Source of the DNA: a virus
Taxonomy: Duplodnaviria > Caudoviricetes
Virus record (IMG/VR): IMGVR_UViG_3300032270_000254
Location: 1 to 30,615 of that record
Direction: 5' to 3' (one strand)
Length of the DNA stretch: 30,615 nt
Below are positions 23,910 through 30,615 of the stretch, piece by piece (the stretch's first letter is position 1; every line of letters begins with the position of its first letter). Below the pieces are notes generated by a model. The model was not told the origin of the DNA and searched no databases. It saw nothing but the letters and a program-made list of their open reading frames with translations. The translations under genes were made by a program, and so were the position numbers.

Positions 23910-26900
23910 ATGGCATACGGTCTAAAGTATACAATTCCATTTAAAGACGTCGACAATTATTCAAACGTCGTTGAAATTTACCAGGACGGATTTGTTGGAA
24001 CATCAACCGAGTTGATTGCAACAGACGTGCCAGCGGTGCATAAATACGAACGTGAGGACAACGAGGACCTTACGACGCCAATAATGTCGACCACGTTTAC
24101 AATTAGTTTTTACTCAACAGAAACGACCGATTTTCGAAATTTCTTTAGTTATTCAGATCGTGAGTTTTTGGTTGTGCATAAATTTGAGGGCGACGTTGTA
24201 TTTAAAGGTTACTTACTAAACGACATTACTGGCGAACCATTCCAAGACCCTCCTTACCCAGTAGTTGTAACTGCAACGGATGGATTGGCTCAGCTTAAAG
24301 AAGTGGATTTAATTGGCCCAAGTGTAGACACAGAATTAGGAAGCCTAATTTTTGAGCAATTAAACCGATTGGAATTAGACTTGGACATTGAGGTTTGTAA
24401 TGACCTTTACGAGGGCCTTGTAATGGACAACACAAAATCCATTTTTGACCAGGCGGTTGGCGAACAATTGCTAATCCAAGAATTTACATTTGACGAATTA
24501 GGCTTAAATGCTTACGATTTCTTACTGGAAATTTGTCGCACATTTGGTTGGATTTTGCTACAAAAAAACGGACGTTGGTTAATCCAGCGACCAATTGCAA
24601 GAAACATTGAGGGGACAACTATTTACGTCCATAGTTACGTTGACGGCTCGGTTATTTCTAGTTTTGTAAATAACGCGATTGATTCGGCAAAAGAATGGTA
24701 TTCCAATTCGGTTGGGTCTTTTCCATATAGTGGCATTGCCTACGGAAATAACAAATTTGTCGCAATTTCCAATGGATCGTTTACTTTAAGGCATTCAAAT
24801 GACGGCATTACATGGTCAAACGTAACAATTGGGTCCTTTGGATTGTCAGGGATAACCTACGCAAATGGGAAATTTGTTGCCGTTGGCGGTGAATTTTCGG
24901 GTATTGATTTAATTGCAAACATTCAGGTTTCAACTGACGGAATAAATTGGACTCGTTACACGCCGTTTACAAATGGACCAGCGCCAAAAGCAATTACTTA
25001 CGGCAATGGATTATTTGTTGTCGTTGCAAATGGAGGCGGAAATAGGGTAATAACCTCACCTGACGGAATAAGTTGGACATTACGCAACGCATCTGACAAC
25101 AATAGTTGGCAATCCGTAGCGTATGGAAATGGGAAATTTGTCGCGGTGGCAAATACAGGCACCAACCGAGTAATGTATTCGACAAATGGAATTAACTGGA
25201 CTGGAGTAAATGCAAATTTAGGATCAAACGCAATCACATTTGCAGAGGGAAAATTCACAACTGGCACCCATTATTCAACCGACGGAATAACTTGGATTAA
25301 CACTAATATTTCGCCAATTATTCCGTTTGGAATTACTTACGGAAATGGAATTTTTGTTGCCGTTGGCCAGGCTGGCTCAAACAGAATTGCAATAAGCGAG
25401 GACGCAATCACATGGCAATTAGTCGCTGCGCCTGAATTGACAACTTGGAATTCTATTGCTTATGGCGATTCGAAATTTGTTGCTTTGGCAGATTTAGGAA
25501 CTAATCGGTCCATGGTTAGTTACTCAAATCAATCTGAGGAAATGCAAACAATTGCCGACCAAACAAACGCCTCGACAAATTGGATTCCTGTTGGCGGCGA
25601 TCAGTTGTTACAATACCAACGGCCAATTAAAAAACTGACTTTAACCCAGGGCGATTTGGGCCAATCAATTATTACCAATGGCGAATCATTCAACGAATCC
25701 AGTTGGTTTTTAGAGGGTCCCTATAAACCTTACGACTGGACAATAACGCCTGATCCTGACACGCCAGTAATACAAATTTTTCCAAATAACATTCCAGCGC
25801 AAACGGGTTACGATAACGAGCAAGGCGTTTCTTGGGACATTCGATTTATGCCAAATGGCGAAGAGACGGACGAGCCAATTATTTCAAAGCCTGTTTTCTT
25901 GGATTTTGCTGGATTAAGTTTGGACTTGGAGGTTGATATTAATTATTCTACACTTGCAAGCGGTATGGCTATTGCAGTAAAGCACGTCGATAGCAGCGGA
26001 ACAACTAGATATTTAGGAACTGCAATTGTAGGCTCTTTAAATCTTTTGGCATGGTCAGAAACTTACAACACTTTTGTTTTTTACTCAACAAGGGACGACG
26101 ACACTCGTAAGTTTAAACTTTCTAGTTTTGTATTGCCAACGGCTGGATTTTTGTCAATTGAATTAAAGTATTTTGGCGAGACTGGCAGCGCAACAGTAAC
26201 CGCGGCAAAAATAATCCCAACATTTGAGGGCAAGAAAAACCCAAGCGAGGTAAAAAAGATTTACGAAACGGCTAGGGCTTACACGAGTTTACGCGACGAT
26301 ACTTTAACGTTTAGCGACCTTTGTATTACTGCTTCAAAAAACTGGCTTAGAATAGGCGAACTGCCAGCCATTGTTTTTGTTGAAAAGTCTTTGGCTGGCA
26401 CGACAGGAATTATTCAGGTTCCAAGCGGTGCAGTTACCCAAGTTAACCGATTAACTGACACCTTGGGCGCCAATACGCTTAATTTTTCAGGCGGAACGGT
26501 GACGGGACAATACCAGCGCCAATTTGTGGCAGCCAGCACGTTTACAATTGATTCTGTTACGATTTTAGTTAGCAGTTTGTCGGGAAATCCACCGCCGCCA
26601 AGCGCTCAATTAAACGTGTCGGTTACAACAATTAGCAGCACGCAAAGAAATGTAACGATAACCTTTAACGGTTACGATTATACTGGCGAGGCAAACGTTC
26701 AAATTCAAGTCTTTTTAAAAGATTCGAACGGCAACGATTACCAAACCTCGACGTTTTTGTTGCAAGTCAATGCAAACGGAACAATTACCTACACGCAAAC
26801 AAACATTTCGTTTGAAAACCAAGCGCTTTTGGGCGGCTATTCGCCACGTTTGCGGGATTGTTACGCGCGAAATGTGTTGAGTATATACAACGCTTTAAGT

Positions 26901-27092
26901 TATCGCTTAGAGGGGTCATTTAGACGCAAAGGCGACACCTTTGGGACTGGTTATATAACCAATCAATTGCTTTATACTGGCTATTCCACGGTGCGTTTGC
27001 AAGTCATTGGCTGGGAATACGACTTGGCAAGTCGCGTGGCAAGAATTACCTTTGGACAAGTACCGACGGCGTACGTTTACCCTATTAATTAA
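23910..27092 (+). CDS. Large tail tip/hub protein with inserted beta-propeller
   Basis: Follows the tape measure gene; ATDGLAQLK hub-like motif; seven YGNGxFVAV / SxDGIxW repeats at about 24730-25520. Confidence 0.75.
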   Translation: MAYGLKYTIPFKDVDNYSNVVEIYQDGFVGTSTELIATDVPAVHKYEREDNEDLTTPIMSTTFTISFYSTETTDFRNFFSYSDREFLVVHKFEGDVVFKGYLLNDITGEPFQDPPYPVVVTATDGLAQLKEVDLIGPSVDTELGSLIFEQLNRLELDLDIEVCNDLYEGLVMDNTKSIFDQAVGEQLLIQEFTFDELGLNAYDFLLEICRTFGWILLQKNGRWLIQRPIARNIEGTTIYVHSYVDGSVISSFVNNAIDSAKEWYSNSVGSFPYSGIAYGNNKFVAISNGSFTLRHSNDGITWSNVTIGSFGLSGITYANGKFVAVGGEFSGIDLIANIQVSTDGINWTRYTPFTNGPAPKAITYGNGLFVVVANGGGNRVITSPDGISWTLRNASDNNSWQSVAYGNGKFVAVANTGTNRVMYSTNGINWTGVNANLGSNAITFAEGKFTTGTHYSTDGITWINTNISPIIPFGITYGNGIFVAVGQAGSNRIAISEDAITWQLVAAPELTTWNSIAYGDSKFVALADLGTNRSMVSYSNQSEEMQTIADQTNASTNWIPVGGDQLLQYQRPIKKLTLTQGDLGQSIITNGESFNESSWFLEGPYKPYDWTITPDPDTPVIQIFPNNIPAQTGYDNEQGVSWDIRFMPNGEETDEPIISKPVFLDFAGLSLDLEVDINYSTLASGMAIAVKHVDSSGTTRYLGTAIVGSLNLLAWSETYNTFVFYSTRDDDTRKFKLSSFVLPTAGFLSIELKYFGETGSATVTAAKIIPTFEGKKNPSEVKKIYETARAYTSLRDDTLTFSDLCITASKNWLRIGELPAIVFVEKSLAGTTGIIQVPSGAVTQVNRLTDTLGANTLNFSGGTVTGQYQRQFVAASTFTIDSVTILVSSLSGNPPPPSAQLNVSVTTISSTQRNVTITFNGYDYTGEANVQIQVFLKDSNGNDYQTSTFLLQVNANGTITYTQTNISFENQALLGGYSPRLRDCYARNVLSIYNALSYRLEGSFRRKGDTFGTGYITNQLLYTGYSTVRLQVIGWEYDLASRVARITFGQVPTAYVYPIN

Positions 27093-27094
27093 TT

Positions 27095-30000
27095 ATGGCA
27101 AATAGAAGGTTTATAGATTTTCCCATTGCGGCAAGTGTTGGCGACAATGATATTGTTTTAATTTGGCAAGACGGACTAAATAAACAGACGACCAAGGCAA
27201 CGCTTTTGCAAGGGTCGCCACAAAGTTTGGCTGGATTAACAGACGTTGACATTGCGGGCCTAACCAATGGTCAGATATTGCAATACAATAGCACCTTGGG
27301 CAAATGGGAAAACGTAGATAGGACCGACATAAATTTAAGCGAGTTGGGAGACGTTACGATTGTGGCGCCAACCAATGGCCAGGTTTTGGTTTATAATTCG
27401 TCAACGTCTAAATGGGAAAACTCAAGCGGCGGTTATGTCCCTTATACTGGCGCAGTTACAACGGTTAACCTTGGCGCTCAATCCATTTTGGCTGGAACTT
27501 TTGTAAAGGCTGGCGGAACATCTGCACAATTTCTAAAGGCGGACGGCTCGGTTGATTCCACGGCGTACGGGACTGGTTCGGTTACCTCAGTAGGTCTAAC
27601 AATGCCAAGCGCTTTTAACGTTGCAAATAGTCCAATAACAACCAACGGAACTTTGGCCGTTACTGGCGCGGGAACTGTTGCCCAATACATTCGAGGCGAC
27701 GGCTCTTTGGCCGATTTCCCAGCAACTACTGGAGGTGGTGCGTCAGTTAGTTACTATTTAAACGGATCAGTAAGCCAAGGCACAATCGGAGGCGTTGCTT
27801 ATCGCGAGGTTAACAGAAATCCAGTTTTTGGGGCTGGAACTGACATAAGCATAAGTTCAAACGGCTACATTGCCAACTTTATAACCGATGCTGGCGACCC
27901 AAATAAACTAGAAATTCCCGCTGGTAATTGGAATTTAGAAACCTACTTTAGCGCGTCAAGTGGTGGCGGTAATCCGTCTTTTTATGTTGAATTGTACAAA
28001 TACAATGGCTCAACCTTTACCTTAATTGCATCCAGCGCAACGTCGCCTGAATTAATTGCATTTGGCACAAACATAAACCCATATTTCAGCACGTTAGCGG
28101 TGCCACAAACAACGCTGGCTTTAACAGATAGGTTGGCGTTAAGGTATTACGTTAATACGTCTGGGCGTACAATTACCTTGCATACGGAAAACGGACACCT
28201 ATGCCAAGTTATTACTACGTTTACAACTGGCTTGACTGCATTAAATGGTTTAACTAGCCAAGTGCAATTCTTTGCGGTTGGGACTAGCGGAACGGACTTT
28301 GCCATTTCTAGCGCGACCGATACCCATACCTTTAATCTCCCGACTGCAAGTGCTGTTAATAGAGGTGCATTAAGTGCAGTTGATTGGAGCACATTCAATA
28401 GCAAGCAGAACGCAATTACTCTTACCACAACAGGTACAAGTGGGGCAGCTACATTGGTAGGTAGTACTTTAAATATTCCGCAATATCAGGCGGCTGGAAC
28501 TTATGTAACCTCGGTAACTGCGTCAACACCTTTAGCGTCTAGCGGAGGTACAACGCCAAATATTACAATCCAACAGGCAAGCGGCTCACAAAATGGATTC
28601 CTATCTAGCACAGATTGGACAACATTTAATAGCAAACAGAACGCTTTAACGAATCCAGTAACGGGAACGGGAACAAGCGGCCAAGTTGCTTACTTTAACG
28701 GCACGACAACAATTACCAGCGAATCCAACTTATTTTGGGATGCGACAAATGACAGGCTTGGAATTGGAACAAGTTCGCCAAGTTATACTTTACAATCTAA
28801 AGGCAATGGATTTGCAGTACAAGGAAATAATTTAAACCAAGGCAATACAATTCGTTTTTTAAGAGAAAGCGGCACTGAAATGGCTTATATTGGCTGGAGT
28901 ACTGAGGCTGCAAATAATTCAACTTGGCTTTTTAAATCTAGTAATGGTAACCCAATTGGATTTATTGCGGATGGGACAACTCAGGCTTTAACTTTAACCG
29001 CAACAAATAACCTACTTGTTGGCACAACCACAGACGCTGGTTATAAACTAGACGTTGCTGGTACTTTAAGGTCTACTGGACGGGCATTGTTAGGTAACTC
29101 AATGTTTGTTGGTGAAGTTTCAGGTTCCTATTCAATTATTGAAACAACTGGAAGCAATGGAATTTGGTTAAGACCAGCTGGAGTTTCCTCACCTAGTGGA
29201 ATGTTTTTAACCTCAGGCGGCAACCTACTTGTCGGCACAACAACGGATGCTGGCTATAAACTAGACGTTAACGGAACTGGGCGGTTTAGTGGTGCCGATG
29301 GAGCAGATTTAATTAGATATAACGCAACTGGAGTAAACACAAATTTTGCAACTAAAATAGTAAGTGGCGCAAACGATGTTTTAGTTTTTAGAAGGCAACA
29401 TTCTAGCGTTGGAGCCTTAGATATAATGGCCCTTGGATTTAACGGCAACGTTGGGATTGGGACAAGTTCGCCAGGTCAAAAACTACAAGTTGATGGCAGT
29501 TTATTGGTAAATGCTGGAACATCTGCAACGGCTTATAGGGATATAATGATGGGAGGTATTGGTGGATGGTCAACTGGAGAATCTCACGGCATAGATACTG
29601 TTTACAATACTTCGTCAAGTCCAACAACTTTTTCAAGAATTGAGTCTCATTTTGATGGAACTAGTGGACGTTTTAGATTTAGGAATTTGTTTTTTAATTC
29701 TTCGCCTAGAACCGATATTTTAATGACAATTGAAGGCAATGGAAACGTGCTGATTGGAACGACAACAGACGCTGGCTATAAGCTAGACGTTAACGGAACT
29801 GGTCGGTTTAGTAATATTTTAGTTGCTAATAGCGATATTCACCAAGTTTCAACTGGTGGATTATATTGGGGTGCAGCTTCAACTTATGTTATTGGAGTTA
29901 CTGGAAACACGGCTAATGGTAATTTATCTTTTATAACTGGAAGCACGGTTAAGGCTACAATAACCTCAGGCGGCAACATTGGGATTGGGACAAGTTCGCC

Positions 30001-30615
30001 AGGTTTTAAACTAGATGTTCAGAACAATACCCAAGCAATTACTAGAATACTAGACACAAGCACAAATTCAAGTTTAATATTACAGGCTGGGACTGGTTCA
30101 GCAATGAAAGTTACTGGCTATAATTATAACACCTCAACTGCTATTCCTTTGTATATTTCAGTTGATGGGGCCAATACTATAATGCAAAGTGGAGGCGGCA
30201 ACCTACTTGTCGGAACTACAACGGACAACGGGACTAGGCTGCAAGTAAGCGGCAGTGCTACAATAGGTGGAAATTTAACCATTAGTAGCGGAAATAATCT
30301 AAACGTTGTTACTGGCGATATTCATTTTCAATCAAATGCTGGTTATGGTATACTTTCACCAAATGCTAACAGATTAGTAAGTATTCAAAATGGAGCATTT
30401 GGAGTTTCAGGCGCGGCTACCTTTTCAAGTAGCGTGACGGCAGTTTCATTAAGGTCTGTTGACCCTGCAAATACATTTTCAGCATCATTTGGAGCAAACT
30501 CATCAACACCTAATTGGGTGGCAGTTGGTACAATTAGCGGAGTTCCAAGTATTAATGGATATAATAATACATTTTCCGCTACCACTAATTTAGCATTGCA
30601 GCCAAATGGAGGCAA
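27095..30615 (+). CDS. Long tail fibre / receptor-binding protein, 3'-truncated; absent from the ORF track
   Basis: ATG 27095 (MANRRFIDFPIAASVGDNDIVLIWQDG...). The same frame reads sensibly at the window end (VPSINGYNNTFSATTNLALQPNGG). Contains LxDV..NGQxLxYNS..KWEN, DWxTFNSKQNA and GNxGIGTSSP / TTDAGYKLDV repeats. Confidence 0.88.
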   Translation, partial: MANRRFIDFPIAASVGDNDIVLIWQDGLNKQTTKATLLQGSPQSLAGLTDVDIAGLTNGQILQYNSTLGKWENVDRTDINLSELGDVTIVAPTNGQVLVYNSSTSKWENSSGGYVPYTGAVTTVNLGAQSILAGTFVKAGGTSAQFLKADGSVDSTAYGTGSVTSVGLTMPSAFNVANSPITTNGTLAVTGAGTVAQYIRGDGSLADFPATTGGGASVSYYLNGSVSQGTIGGVAYREVNRNPVFGAGTDISISSNGYIANFITDAGDPNKLEIPAGNWNLETYFSASSGGGNPSFYVELYKYNGSTFTLIASSATSPELIAFGTNINPYFSTLAVPQTTLALTDRLALRYYVNTSGRTITLHTENGHLCQVITTFTTGLTALNGLTSQVQFFAVGTSGTDFAISSATDTHTFNLPTASAVNRGALSAVDWSTFNSKQNAITLTTTGTSGAATLVGSTLNIPQYQAAGTYVTSVTASTPLASSGGTTPNITIQQASGSQNGFLSSTDWTTFNSKQNALTNPVTGTGTSGQVAYFNGTTTITSESNLFWDATNDRLGIGTSSPSYTLQSKGNGFAVQGNNLNQGNTIRFLRESGTEMAYIGWSTEAANNSTWLFKSSNGNPIGFIADGTTQALTLTATNNLLVGTTTDAGYKLDVAGTLRSTGRALLGNSMFVGEVSGSYSIIETTGSNGIWLRPAGVSSPSGMFLTSGGNLLVGTTTDAGYKLDVNGTGRFSGADGADLIRYNATGVNTNFATKIVSGANDVLVFRRQHSSVGALDIMALGFNGNVGIGTSSPGQKLQVDGSLLVNAGTSATAYRDIMMGGIGGWSTGESHGIDTVYNTSSSPTTFSRIESHFDGTSGRFRFRNLFFNSSPRTDILMTIEGNGNVLIGTTTDAGYKLDVNGTGRFSNILVANSDIHQVSTGGLYWGAASTYVIGVTGNTANGNLSFITGSTVKATITSGGNIGIGTSSPGFKLDVQNNTQAITRILDTSTNSSLILQAGTGSAMKVTGYNYNTSTAIPLYISVDGANTIMQSGGGNLLVGTTTDNGTRLQVSGSATIGGNLTISSGNNLNVVTGDIHFQSNAGYGILSPNANRLVSIQNGAFGVSGAATFSSSVTAVSLRSVDPANTFSASFGANSSTPNWVAVGTISGVPSINGYNNTFSATTNLALQPNGG
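29011..30230 (+). repeat. Dispersed near-identical DNA repeats within the fibre gene
   Basis: 26-nt exact repeat 29451-29476 = 29979-30004; 17-nt exact repeat 29208-29224 = 29961-29977; 40/42 match 29249-29290 vs 29771-29812. Confidence 0.85.

Noticed and set aside
28195-28203. ACACCTATG copy inside the fibre gene as a regulated start
   Set aside because: It lies mid-gene, the ATG is out of frame and there is no A-rich leader; compatible with chance.
29011-30230. CRISPR array, DGR or shufflon interpretation of the fibre repeats
   Set aside because: The repeats are in-frame, direct and irregularly spaced by hundreds of bases. No reverse transcriptase, TR/VR pair or invertase was seen in the window.
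1662-30615. Numerous short minus-strand and alternative-frame ORFs (e.g. 4678-5040, 6975-7295, 23522-23884, 27085-30615)
   Set aside because: They are shadows of well-supported plus-strand genes and show no recognisable motifs.
27095-30615. Apparently non-coding 3.5 kb at the window end
   Set aside because: It is one open fibre gene whose stop lies outside the window.
1-30615. Stop-codon recoding, tRNA genes, introns or inteins
   Set aside because: Core genes are intact and of normal length under the standard code, all three stops are used, and no cloverleaf or intein motif was noticed.

Overview
The window is most of a small (probably ~31-35 kb, circularly permuted) tailed dsDNA phage genome with siphovirus/HK97-type morphogenesis genes. 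The host is very likely a Bacteroidota member: several TAnnTTTG (-7) / TTG (-33) promoters are present, starts are A-rich without Shine-Dalgarno sequences, and the replication protein is DUF4373-like. Gene order: end of a tail-associated gene; lysis cassette (two holin-like genes, a small basic peptide, metallophosphoesterase, T7-like amidase, spanin-like protein); two minus-strand genes; early genes (ERF recombinase, Gp157, several HTH proteins); replication initiator with an internal iteron-like origin; SSB-like protein, RusA, PAPS-reductase-like protein; SAM methyltransferase; TerS/TerL, portal, gp7-like protein, GT25, protease, capsid, GT4; neck and tail genes including two tail-tube paralogues and a -1 frameshift chaperone; tape measure; a 1060-aa tail protein with a propeller insert; and a >1170-codon tail fibre running off the end, which the ORF track misses. 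No integrase, polymerase, helicase, tRNA or CRISPR array was seen. Most interesting signals: (1) an 11-nt motif ACACCTATGGA spanning the start codons of three early genes, whose complement lies in the capsid-gene 3' UTR and in a structured leader RNA (candidate antisense circuit); (2) a kissing-loop/terminator RNA directly upstream of the replication initiator; (3) strong genome-strand bias of CCAGG versus CCTGG; (4) two glycosyltransferases and a methyltransferase embedded in or next to the head module; (5) near-identical DNA repeats bounding variable modules in the fibre. All family assignments come from motif recognition by eye, and all counts are manual.
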